NCBI GenBank assembly: GCA_944324965.1
Contig: CALUYH010000001.1
Span: forward strand, 42,816-106,815
Origin: Candidatus Avelusimicrobium gallinaceum
Lineage (GTDB): Bacteria > Elusimicrobiota > Elusimicrobia > Elusimicrobiales > Elusimicrobiaceae
Length of the DNA: 64,000 nt
Direction of reading: 5' to 3'
Shown: positions 38,944 through 47,994 of the stretch, piece after piece
How positions within the stretch are numbered: the stretch's first letter is position 1
Layout of the letters: each line of letters starts with the position of its first letter
Position numbers and translations under genes: made by a program
The notes under the pieces: model-generated
Seen by the model: the letters and a program-made list of their open reading frames with translations, nothing else
Database searches by the model: none
Told to the model about the DNA's origin: nothing

Positions 38944-40542
38944 ATGTTACTAACGATATCGTCGTTTGTCGGGTTTACGGCGCTGGTGCTGGTGCTATCG
39001 TATTACTTGACGAGAAAGAAAGACGCAACTTCCTCGGAAGGCTATTTCTTGGCCGGAAGAGGACTGACGGGCTGGGTGATTGCGGCCTCGCTACTGCTGA
39101 CCAACTTGTCTACTGAACAGATGGTGGGCTTAAACGGCCAGGGATATATGTTCAATATGTCGGGGATTGGCTACGAACTGGGCGCTTCACTGGCGTTAAT
39201 CATCGTGGCTTTTTTCTTCCTGCCCCGGTATTTAAAAAAGGGTTACGCCACGATTCCGGATTTTGTGGGGGACCGGTACGATTCCGCAACCAAGCAATTT
39301 GTGAACTTCCTCTTTTTGGCGGGGTATGTACTGATCTTACTGCCGACGGTGCTGTATTCCGGCGCTATCGGGATGGGCGGTATTTTTAACATTATGGATA
39401 CCTTTGGCCTGTCTGAAATGACGGCCATTATTATTGTGGTAGTGGCCATTGGCGTGTTGGGCTGCTTGTATACCATTTTCGGCGGGCTGCGCATTATGGC
39501 CATTGCCGATACGCTTAACGGTATCGGGTTGATTTTCGGCGGATTAATGGTGCCGCTGTTTGCCTTGGCGTATGTGGGCGGCGGCGATATTTTGGGCGGA
39601 TTGACGGAAGTGGTCCGTTCCCATCCGGAAAAATTCAATGCTATCGGCGGCCCGAACGACCCCGTTCCGTTTGCCACAATGTTTACGGGGATGTTTTTAG
39701 TCAACTTGTTCTACTGGGGCTGCAACCAGACAATTATTCAGCGTGCGCTGGCGGCCAAAAACTTGAAAGAAGGCCAGAAAGGGTTGTTCCTGGCGGCCAT
39801 CTTTAAGTTAATCGGCCCCATTTATCTCATCATTCCGGGGATTGTGGCGTTCCATATCTTCCAGGATAATCCGCTGAAAGTGGGCGATATGGCCTACCCG
39901 ATGCTGGTAAATAAAGTACTGCCTTTCTACCTGATTGGTTTCTTTGCGGCGGTGTTGTTCGGCGCCATTTTGAGCTCGTTCAACGCGGCGCTGAACTCCA
40001 CGTCCACGCTGTTTATGTTAAACGTCTATAAGCCGCTTATCAAACCGACCGCTACGGACGAAGAACTGGTGACCAAAGGCAAATACGTGGGCATTTTGCT
40101 GGCCATTTTCTCTATGTGCGTGGCCCCGTTGATTGCCATGGCACCTTCGGGCTTGTTTAACTACCTGCAAATGGTAAACGGTTTTTACAACGTGCCGATT
40201 TTCACGCTGATTATTTTCGGTATGCTCAACAAAACCGCGCCGGCGTGGTCTGCCAAAGTGACGTTGATTTTCTTTATGGTGGGCTACGGGCTGACCCAGT
40301 TGGGAGTGATTAAAACCAACATTCACTTCCTGCATATTTTGGCTATCTTGTTTGTCATTTCGGTGGTGTTTATGTACATTACCGGCAAACTGTGGCCGGC
40401 GAAAAATAAATACGACGACGGCAAAGATTTGAACATTGTAGATACGACGCCGTGGAACTTGCGCTTTACGGTGAGTATTGCCATTATTCTGTGCGTGTTT
40501 GGGTTGTATGTGCTGTTCTCCAAAGCGGGGATAGCGGCCTAA
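38944..40542 (+). CDS. Sodium:solute symporter (SSS family, YidK-like)
   Basis: GYFLAGR, LTNLSTEQ, YWGCNQ.IIQR and ILSSFN motifs. Confidence 0.9.
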   Translation: MLLTISSFVGFTALVLVLSYYLTRKKDATSSEGYFLAGRGLTGWVIAASLLLTNLSTEQMVGLNGQGYMFNMSGIGYELGASLALIIVAFFFLPRYLKKGYATIPDFVGDRYDSATKQFVNFLFLAGYVLILLPTVLYSGAIGMGGIFNIMDTFGLSEMTAIIIVVVAIGVLGCLYTIFGGLRIMAIADTLNGIGLIFGGLMVPLFALAYVGGGDILGGLTEVVRSHPEKFNAIGGPNDPVPFATMFTGMFLVNLFYWGCNQTIIQRALAAKNLKEGQKGLFLAAIFKLIGPIYLIIPGIVAFHIFQDNPLKVGDMAYPMLVNKVLPFYLIGFFAAVLFGAILSSFNAALNSTSTLFMLNVYKPLIKPTATDEELVTKGKYVGILLAIFSMCVAPLIAMAPSGLFNYLQMVNGFYNVPIFTLIIFGMLNKTAPAWSAKVTLIFFMVGYGLTQLGVIKTNIHFLHILAILFVISVVFMYITGKLWPAKNKYDDGKDLNIVDTTPWNLRFTVSIAIILCVFGLYVLFSKAGIAA

Positions 40543-40639
40543 AAAAGTTTGTGGCGTATAACGGGCGGAAAATTTTCCGCCCGTTTTTTGTTGCCCCGGG
40601 GAAAAACTTGTTATAATAACTACACGGAGGGAACCCTTT

Positions 40640-41503
40640 ATGAACGAAAACCGCATTAACATTATGGGGCCGGACATCCCCGTCGCACCGCAGCCGGCCG
40701 CACCCGAAGAACCCAAGGTGGAATATGCCTCGGTACCGGAACGGTTTGTAGCGCTGCTGATTGATTACGGCGTGGTGTTTATCCCGGTAAGCCTTATTTT
40801 GTGGATTTATTTAAAAATTGCCGGTCCGTTAGACGGCATCTGGCCGCCGCTTTTTTTGTTGCTGGGCCTGAACTTTTTGTTTGTACTGTACGAAGCTGTT
40901 TTTTCGTGCGGGGACCGGGTGACCTTGGGCAAAGCCCTGGTGGGTATTGCCGTGATGAAAGCCGATTTAAGCGGCCCGATTTCCTTTCCGCGGGCGTTTT
41001 TGCGGGCCATCGGGTACTATGTAAGCGCGTTGCTGCTTATGTGCGGGTTCCTGCTGGCGTTTTTTGACGACCGCCGCCGCGCCCTGCAAGACCGCTTGGG
41101 TGACAGTGTGGTCGTGCGGGTGCGGGCCAAATCGTGGGGGGAACGCGTTGGCGTGCAACTGGTGGGCGCGTTGTTGCTGGTCGTGTTCGGCTGGGTGTTT
41201 TACGAGCAGGTGCTGGGCGGCGGTTCTTTAACCAAGCAAGCCTATATCCGCCAAGCCGAAAAACAGCTTAGAAACATTGCCTTGCTGGAAGAAGCCCACT
41301 ACAACCGCTACGGCCATTACACCAACGATTTGTTGCGCCTGTCGCTTTTATCCGGCGATCCGGTGCAGTTCCAGCGGGATACACAAAAAGTGCTGTACCA
41401 CAAAGGGTTTAAAATCGGTGTACAGGGCGACACGTACAAAATTTCCGCCCGCGCGCAGGACCCCCAACACACGCCGGTGTATTTTGCGCCGCCCCAGCGA
41501 TAA
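40640..41503 (+). CDS. RDD-family membrane protein with a C-terminal pilin-like domain
   Basis: ERFVALLID, TLGK, FLR and RALQD RDD motifs; the C-terminal helix resembles pilin alpha1-C. Confidence 0.75.
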   Translation: MNENRINIMGPDIPVAPQPAAPEEPKVEYASVPERFVALLIDYGVVFIPVSLILWIYLKIAGPLDGIWPPLFLLLGLNFLFVLYEAVFSCGDRVTLGKALVGIAVMKADLSGPISFPRAFLRAIGYYVSALLLMCGFLLAFFDDRRRALQDRLGDSVVVRVRAKSWGERVGVQLVGALLLVVFGWVFYEQVLGGGSLTKQAYIRQAEKQLRNIALLEEAHYNRYGHYTNDLLRLSLLSGDPVQFQRDTQKVLYHKGFKIGVQGDTYKISARAQDPQHTPVYFAPPQR

Positions 41504-41516
41504 AGGGAAACTTTTT

Positions 41517-41549
41517 AAAAAGCCGGGCCTATGCTAGGCCCGGCTTTTT
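41517..41549 (+). terminator. Intrinsic terminator
   Basis: AAAAAGCCGGGCCTA..TAGGCCCGGCTTTTT. Confidence 0.85.
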
Positions 41550-41759
41550 GTGCCAACAACCGAGGAGATGGAACGGTTTGTTTGCAGGCTAGGGCGAGGT
41601 ATTGCGAAAACAATGTGCTTTCAGTAGCTGTGCTGACGGACATAGGGAGGGGAATCCAGCCTCTTGTTCCGGATATGTACACGTTTTTGTTTCCTTATTG
41701 GGCCAATGCTGTATTTGCCGAAATCCTGCCCGATGCCAAACCCCAGGGCCAGGAAGGCC

Positions 41760-41785
41760 TTGACTCGTTTTTTTTTTGATAAATT
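41760..41785 (+). promoter_or_regulatory. Pilin promoter with T10 tract (14-nt spacer)
   Basis: TTGACT-CG-T10-GA-TAAATT-N6-ATG. Confidence 0.7.
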
Positions 41786-41791
41786 TTGCCT

Positions 41792-42346
41792 ATGTATAAC
41801 ATTTATCAAAAACCCCTTCCAGCGGGGAAAAAGGCTGGATTTACGCTGATAGAGCTGCTAGTTGTCGTTTTAATCATTGGTATTTTGGCAGCGGTTGCCC
41901 TGCCGCAATACGAAATAGCGGCTATGAAAAGCCGTTTGGCGGCGGCTATGCCCTTAGCAAGGGCCATTAAAGACGCGCAGGAACGCTATTATTTAGCAAA
42001 CGGTTCCTATGTTATGAGCTTGCAGGAATTGCAAGAATTTGATGTAAGTTTTCCGGGCTGCACTTCAGGAAGCCGCCGCAACCAGTTGCAATGTCCCCGG
42101 AACTTGTATATACAAGACGATGCCGCTGGAGACCGTTCCGGTGGGTCCGTTAGTTTTCGATATTGCACCCGCCCGCGCAGTTGGGGGGAATGCTGGAGCA
42201 CCCATACCAGCCCGGCCATTACACTATACTATGATCAATATGCCGACGCAAGCAAGCGAGGAAAACAGAAATGTACCGCCGGGAATGACATAGAGCAACG
42301 TGTTTGCCGCGCGTTGGGGGCGGATGCAGAGGGTTGGATTCAATAA
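41792..42346 (+). CDS. Type IV pilin (PilE-like), copy 3
   Basis: AG|[24 protein letters not shown]; six Cys in the variable region. Confidence 0.92.
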   Translation: MYNIYQKPLPAGKKAGFTLIELLVVVLIIGILAAVALPQYEIAAMKSRLAAAMPLARAIKDAQERYYLANGSYVMSLQELQEFDVSFPGCTSGSRRNQLQCPRNLYIQDDAAGDRSGGSVSFRYCTRPRSWGECWSTHTSPAITLYYDQYADASKRGKQKCTAGNDIEQRVCRALGADAEGWIQ

Positions 42347-42347
42347 T

Positions 42348-42378
42348 AAAACCCCCGCTTATTAAGAGCGGGGGTTTA
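42348..42378. terminator. Bidirectional terminator
   Basis: AAACCCCCGCT...AGCGGGGGTTT. Confidence 0.8.
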
Positions 42379-42395
42379 CTGTGTATAACTAAAAA

Positions 42396-43190
42396 CTATT
42401 TTTCCACTTTGATGCCGCGGAACGCCCGGTACAATACGGCCAGCAGACCGAAAATGACGTACAGGGAGAATACAATAAAGATGACGTCCTGCGGGAATCG
42501 GATTAACATTACCACCAAAATCACCAGCAAGAGCAGCATCCAAATGCTCAGGCGTTTTTCGCGTTTGGCTTTAAACGCCGCATACGGAATGTTGGATACC
42601 ATCAGCAAGGACAAAATCAGCATCGCAAACCAGACGAAGTTGTACAGGTGCGGCAGGTAAATCGTCAGCAGGTGGATGTTGCGCCCGGCAATGTCGCCTT
42701 CCATAATGCAGTAGGAAATGGCAAACGAGGCCAAAAGCGCCGCCGGCGCCGGAACAGGCAGCCCGGAGAAGTATTTTTTAGAGCCTTCCCCCGCGTGAGC
42801 CATCGCGTTGAATTTGGCCAAGCGCAGCACACCAAAGCACGTATACACGCATGCAATTGGCGCGCCCCACAACGGCTGCAGGTGGAGTACAAAGAAATAC
42901 ATCAAGAAAGCCGGCGCGGCACAGAACGAAACCGTATCCGCCAGCGAATCCATTTCCACGCCAAAATCGCTTTCGGCGTCCAACAAGCGGGCGATGCGTC
43001 CGTCAAACATATCAAACACGGCCGCGGCCAAAATCAGCCAGCCGGCCTGCACAAAATTGCCGCGCGCAGACGCCAAAATAGAGAAAAATCCGCAGGCTAA
43101 ATTGCCCAACGTAAACAAGGAAGGCGCCGTCATGGCACCGGTGTGTTTGAGCTTTTCTACGACTTTGGTTTCTTTGTTTTCTTCTTGCAT
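42396..43190 (-). CDS. pssA: CDP-diacylglycerol--serine O-phosphatidyltransferase
   Basis: PSLFTLGN, DMFDGRIAR, DSLAD and LRLAKFN motifs; adjacent to psd. Confidence 0.9.
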   Translation of the reverse strand: MQEENKETKVVEKLKHTGAMTAPSLFTLGNLACGFFSILASARGNFVQAGWLILAAAVFDMFDGRIARLLDAESDFGVEMDSLADTVSFCAAPAFLMYFFVLHLQPLWGAPIACVYTCFGVLRLAKFNAMAHAGEGSKKYFSGLPVPAPAALLASFAISYCIMEGDIAGRNIHLLTIYLPHLYNFVWFAMLILSLLMVSNIPYAAFKAKREKRLSIWMLLLLVILVVMLIRFPQDVIFIVFSLYVIFGLLAVLYRAFRGIKVEK

Positions 43191-43198
43191 AAAAGCCT

Positions 43199-43867
43199 CT
43201 ATTTCCACAGCCCCAATACGGTAATGCCGCCCTGCACTTTTTGGCCTTCTTTTACCAAAATGCGTACGGCGTTTTTGGGCAGATATACCGCCACTTGCGA
43301 GCCAAAGCGAACCAGGCCCAAGTGCCCGCCGATTTTAATTTCCTGCTGGGGTTTCACCCAGCATTCAATGCGCCGGGCAATGGCCCCGGTGATTTGTTCC
43401 ACATGGGCAAATTTGGCCGGGTCACCGTTTTTAAAAAGCTGAATCAGGTTGCGTTCGTTTTTATCGGCGGCGGGGTTGTTGGCAAACAGGAAGGTGCCTT
43501 TGTGGTAAAAAATTTCACCTGTTTTGCCGCTTACGGTAGAGCGTTGGATGTGCACGTCAAAAATAGACAGGAAAATGCGAATGACTACCGAGTTGGGGTC
43601 GTCTTCCGTTTTGATGGACAGGACAGTGCCGTCTGCCGGGCAGGCGATTTCGTCATCGGCGAACACGGTGTCGCGCTTCGGATCGCGGAAGAAGAACGCG
43701 CAAAAACAGCCGGCCAGCAAGCACAGCACGCCCAGCGTGCGCAGGTCCAGGAACAAAAGTACCGCCGCGGCTGCCACGGCGATGGCAAAGAATTTAAGCC
43801 CTAAAGGCAAAACGGTGTTAACCCAATCAAAACATTTGGTAAGGGTACGGGTGATGTCTTCTAACAT
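43199..43867 (-). CDS. psd: Phosphatidylserine decarboxylase
   Basis: FFRDP, PADG, DVH, NER and the RFGS cleavage motif. Confidence 0.92.
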   Translation of the reverse strand: MLEDITRTLTKCFDWVNTVLPLGLKFFAIAVAAAAVLLFLDLRTLGVLCLLAGCFCAFFFRDPKRDTVFADDEIACPADGTVLSIKTEDDPNSVVIRIFLSIFDVHIQRSTVSGKTGEIFYHKGTFLFANNPAADKNERNLIQLFKNGDPAKFAHVEQITGAIARRIECWVKPQQEIKIGGHLGLVRFGSQVAVYLPKNAVRILVKEGQKVQGGITVLGLWK

Positions 43868-43911
43868 AATAATTTACTGGTGGGTTTGATTGAATGGCAG
43901 GAAGTTGTAAG

Positions 43912-43994
43912 TGGGCAGGGGGGGACTTGAACCCCCACGACCTTGCGGTCAACAGATTTTAAGTCTGTCGCGTCTGCCATTCCGCCACCAGCCC
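43912..43994 (-). tRNA. tRNA-Leu(TAA); CCA not encoded
   Basis: GGGCTGG...CCTGCCC acceptor stem; anticodon arm ACAGA-CTTAAAA-TCTGT; long variable arm. Confidence 0.92.
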
Positions 43995-44057
43995 TCTTAT
44001 GCAATTATTTTAACAAAAAATCACGACCTTTGCACTGTTTTTGTGCAAGGGGGAAAA

Positions 44058-44468
44058 TTACTTATCAAAAGTTTTCAGCCCGTTATAAAACTTCCGGCAG
44101 AAAAGCGTCTTTACCCCCAGGCTTTTTAAGGCCGTTTGGAGTTGGCGGTCGTCCGTTACGGCAATCACGCGCGTGCCGCTTTGGTTTAAAAAATCGGCGC
44201 GTTCGTAGATGATTTGGTCGGCCGAGTCCTCTTCCGAAAACGAAATATGCACTCCGCCGCGGTACAACGGACCAATCGGGCGGAAGGACCCGTCAAAAAT
44301 CACCTCGTACTGGTGCATGGCATAGTGCTCATCTTGCGAGATTTCACTTAAAAAATCAAGGAAATCCGCCGTTACTTCTTCTTCCGAGCGGGCAAATTCA
44401 TATAAAAAGCTGCGTACCAGGTTTAGCCCGTCAATCAAGTACACAGTCGGTTTGGTGGTCAGATACAT
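44058..44468 (-). CDS. NYN/YacP-like PIN-fold RNase
   Basis: LIDGLN, VIFDG, SADQII and VTDDR acidic motifs. Confidence 0.8.
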   Translation of the reverse strand: MYLTTKPTVYLIDGLNLVRSFLYEFARSEEEVTADFLDFLSEISQDEHYAMHQYEVIFDGSFRPIGPLYRGGVHISFSEEDSADQIIYERADFLNQSGTRVIAVTDDRQLQTALKSLGVKTLFCRKFYNGLKTFDK

Positions 44469-44561
44469 ACGTGTATTGCCTTTGGCGCATAAAATTGTTA
44501 TAAGAAAATGATACAATATAATGCTAATTTACCAAAAGCGTTCTTTGACAATTTCCGTAAC

Positions 44562-44905
44562 GGGGGTGTAATAGATTCGACGGGTATCTGTTGCCGCCCG
44601 GGAGCAAGTGCCGGTTGGCCAGGCCGGCTAAAATAGGGCCACACAAATAACTAACGACAATCAAGTCGCTTGGGCTAACGCTTAGTCCCACCGCGCCTTT
44701 GGTGTCTTCCATACGCTAAAGGGCCGCGGTTATTATATGGAATGCGGCAAAGCGGGCGCGGTTCGTCCGGCTTTGCCTAAGACCAACGAACCAAACCGCA
44801 AGCGTGCCGCTCTGCGCTTAGCTTGCGGTTAACCAAGCAGAGCTAAACTTGTAGTGCCCGGTTGGAGAGGATGTTCGGACGGGGGTGCGAATCCCCCCAC
44901 CTCCA
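44562..44905 (+). ncRNA. ssrA: tmRNA
   Basis: 5' GGGGGTG..GATTCGAC; 3' TAAACTTGTAG, GGACGGGGGTGCGAATCCCCC-CACCTCCA; tag ORF after ATAACT. Confidence 0.92.
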
Positions 44906-45014
44906 CTTTTTGCTTGTGCTGCGGCGGCGGGTGAAATAAACCCGGCCGGCGGTGTGTTATATAAGGGTACGGAAATTGCCAAAAACGGAAGTTACCTTTT
45001 TCACGGGAGAGTGT

Positions 45015-46424
45015 ATGGCAGCTGAGATTAAATTCGGAACCGACGGTTGGAGAGGGGTGATTGCGTGGGATTTTACGTTTAAAAACGTCCGCCGTATGGC
45101 GCAGGCCTTGGCCGATTACATCAACGAAAATGCCCCCAGCGGCGAAGACGGCAAACTGCCTAAAATTTTTGTCGGGTACGACCGGCGTTTTATGTCGGAT
45201 ATGTTCGCGGCCGATATCGCCAGCATTTTCCGCTCCAACAAAATTGACGTTACCCTTTCTTCCTGTCCGATTTCCACGCCGGTGGCGGCGTGCCTGAGCC
45301 TAAGCAAATTTTGGATGAGCATTATGGTGACGGCCAGCCACAACCTGGCCCAGTATAACGGGATTAAAATCAAGCTGGCCGGCGGGTCCGCTTCGTCCCG
45401 TGTAACCAAAGAAGTGGAAGAATTTTTGGACCAAAATTCCGTGCTGTTCCTGTACGGGCAAAAAGCGGAACAGAAAGATTTGACCGATGTGTATTTTAAG
45501 TATGTGGCGGCCCACGTGAACGCCAAAAAATTAAAAGCGTTCAAGTCCAAGGTTGTCATAGATTATATGTACGGTGCGGCTGCGGGATACCTGGAAAAGT
45601 TCCTGCCTGCCAAACAGGTGATTGCGCTCCATTCCGAGCACGACCCCACTTTTGGCGGCGGCCAGCCCGAACCGGTGGAAAAGAATTTGGCCTTGCTTAA
45701 AAAAACCGTGGTGGAAAAGAAAGCCGCCCTGGGCGTGGCCTTTGACGGCGACGGTGACCGCGTGGCCCTGGTGGACGAAAAGGGCACCTATTTAACCCCG
45801 TGTATGATTGCCGCCGTGCTGTGCCACTACCTGGTGAAGTACAAAAAACTGAAAGGCAAAATCGTACAGACGGTTTCTATGGGCTATCTGCTCAAGCGGA
45901 TTGCCCGCAAATACGAAATGCTGTTTGAAGAAGTGGGCGTCGGCTTTAAAAATGTGGCCGAACGGATGAATTTGGACGATGTGGCTTTTGGCGTGGAAGA
46001 ATCGGGCGGATTTGCCTGGAAGGGCAACCTGCCGGACCGCGACGGGCTGACGGTGGCGTTGGCCTTTTTGGACATTATGGCCACTACCGGCAAAAAAGCC
46101 AGCGAATTGTGCGCCGGCGTGACGCAGGAATACGGGGCGTCCGTCTATATGCGCAAAGATTTGCCGCTTTCCAAACCGGTGGATAAAAACGTTATGGCCG
46201 AAAAAATGCGCAAAAAACTGCCCAAAAAAATCAACGGCCGCCGCATTGCGGAAACATTGACGCTGGACGGACTTAAAATTATTTTTGAAAACGACGAATG
46301 GCTGCTTTTGCGCCCGTCCGGCACCGAGCCGCTCTTGCGCATCTATGCCGAAAGCGCCACCAAAAAAGACACGCAGGCGTTGTTGGAGTTCGGGGAAAAA
46401 CTGGCAGCCCCTTATCAAAAATAG
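45015..46424 (+). CDS. Phosphoglucomutase/phosphomannomutase family protein
   Basis: FGTDGWRG, TASHN, FDGDGDR and RPSGTEP motifs. Confidence 0.9.
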   Translation: MAAEIKFGTDGWRGVIAWDFTFKNVRRMAQALADYINENAPSGEDGKLPKIFVGYDRRFMSDMFAADIASIFRSNKIDVTLSSCPISTPVAACLSLSKFWMSIMVTASHNLAQYNGIKIKLAGGSASSRVTKEVEEFLDQNSVLFLYGQKAEQKDLTDVYFKYVAAHVNAKKLKAFKSKVVIDYMYGAAAGYLEKFLPAKQVIALHSEHDPTFGGGQPEPVEKNLALLKKTVVEKKAALGVAFDGDGDRVALVDEKGTYLTPCMIAAVLCHYLVKYKKLKGKIVQTVSMGYLLKRIARKYEMLFEEVGVGFKNVAERMNLDDVAFGVEESGGFAWKGNLPDRDGLTVALAFLDIMATTGKKASELCAGVTQEYGASVYMRKDLPLSKPVDKNVMAEKMRKKLPKKINGRRIAETLTLDGLKIIFENDEWLLLRPSGTEPLLRIYAESATKKDTQALLEFGEKLAAPYQK

Positions 46425-46432
46425 AGGAGTTC

Positions 46433-46792
46433 ATGGTAAAAATTGCATTAGTGGACGATTCGGTCATTTTACGTTCCGCCATTAAGAACGTATTGGAATC
46501 GTCCGGCTTTGAAGTAGTGTTTGAAGCAAACGGTTCCGCGGAGCTGTTTTCCAAACTGGACGGCAGCGGCGTGGGGCTGATTTTGCTGGATATTTTCTTT
46601 CCGACGGAAAACGGCCTGGACATTTTGGCCAAACTCAAAAAACATATGCCGCAGGTGAAGGTGCTGATTGTTACCGGGCTGCGGCAGGATACCATCTTGG
46701 CCGAAGCCCAGCGCCTGGGGGCGGACGGTGTGCTGTACAAACCGTTTGATACTGATGAACTGTTGTCCGCCATCCACCGTCTGACTCACTGA
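46433..46792 (+). CDS. Single-domain response regulator
   Basis: LVDD, LLD, T and KPF REC motifs; GAGGAG Shine-Dalgarno. Confidence 0.88.
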   Translation: MVKIALVDDSVILRSAIKNVLESSGFEVVFEANGSAELFSKLDGSGVGLILLDIFFPTENGLDILAKLKKHMPQVKVLIVTGLRQDTILAEAQRLGADGVLYKPFDTDELLSAIHRLTH

Positions 46793-46911
46793 TTTAGCAG
46801 TAAGTATAAAAACGCCGCCCGGCTAATCACCGGACGGCGTTTTTATTTGACTCATTAAACCGCTATATCCCCTGGGCCGGTTTACAACCGGAACCCGGCA
46901 TGCGGAGAAAC

Positions 46912-47994
46912 TTAGAGTTTCAGCCACTTGAATTCGAAAAAGGCCACCACCGCAAAGAATAACACCGGCCCCCAGCCGGCCAGAATCGGATTGAGATAGC
47001 CGTTTTCTCCAATAGAGGTGAACATAGAAATCAACCACCAACACAGGAAGGCAATCACGATAGAAGCAAAGATATTTACAATTTTACTTTTGCGGCGCAT
47101 GCTGATGGCAAACGGCATACCCAACAAGCACATAACCAATGTTACAAGCGGCATGGCCAGTTTAGAGTGCATCATCGTTTGCTCCGAGTAAGAGGCCAGG
47201 CCGCTGCGCTTAAAGAAATGGGTGCGTTTGTATAATTCCCGGATGCTTAACAATTTGCCGTCCCGGCGATCTACGGACATTTCCGACGGGTTTAAGCTGA
47301 CGGGGGACTCGGCTGTTTCAAAGGTTTGTTCCGTGGTATCCATCGGGTCCAAAAACGTGCGCTGAATGCCTTTGGAAAACAGCCAACTTTTGGTTTGCGG
47401 GTTCCACACCATTTGGTCTGCTACAATCTGGTGGGCGATATCCCATCCGTTGTCATACGTATCTAACGAAACGCGGTTCATGGTGCCGCTTTTTAAATTG
47501 ACTTCTTTCGCAAACAGCATTTGGTTGGGCGCAATTTTTAAAACGACGTTTTGCTCCGTATCCGGATGGTAAGAACCAGACGGATTAATGCGGGTGTAAT
47601 AAATTTCGGACGATTTGGCATTCAGGGGCGGAAGGATAAATTCCTGCACAACCAACGTAAGCAATACGACCGATAAAATACACAGAATAATAGGCTTGAA
47701 CAATTGCCGCGGGGCAAATCCGCTGGCGATACAGGCGGTCCATTCCCCGTTGGCCACCATTTCGGAAATAACGGATATCGCGCCTAACAGGCATGCCACC
47801 GGCATAATGGTAGTCAGCCAATTGGGGAAGGAGGTGATAGAATACGAGAGCAAATCCAACATAGTGGTGGTGCCGTTGCTGAGGTTTTTCATTTTTTCGA
47901 AGGTGTCCCCCAGCACCACCAAGGTGGTAAATACGCCCACAGCAAAGAAAAACGGCACCCAAAATTTCCGGGCAATATAGAAATAAATCCGCAT
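46912..47994 (-). CDS. lptG: LPS export permease LptG
   Basis: YjgP/YjgQ architecture; NGEWTA..ASG; translationally coupled to lptF. Confidence 0.82.
   Translation of the reverse strand: MRIYFYIARKFWVPFFFAVGVFTTLVVLGDTFEKMKNLSNGTTTMLDLLSYSITSFPNWLTTIMPVACLLGAISVISEMVANGEWTACIASGFAPRQLFKPIILCILSVVLLTLVVQEFILPPLNAKSSEIYYTRINPSGSYHPDTEQNVVLKIAPNQMLFAKEVNLKSGTMNRVSLDTYDNGWDIAHQIVADQMVWNPQTKSWLFSKGIQRTFLDPMDTTEQTFETAESPVSLNPSEMSVDRRDGKLLSIRELYKRTHFFKRSGLASYSEQTMMHSKLAMPLVTLVMCLLGMPFAISMRRKSKIVNIFASIVIAFLCWWLISMFTSIGENGYLNPILAGWGPVLFFAVVAFFEFKWLKL

Noticed and set aside
43912-44910. Genomic island integrated at tRNA-Leu, tmRNA or tRNA-Asp
   Set aside because: No integrase and no duplicated 3' ends were noticed; the flanking genes are housekeeping.
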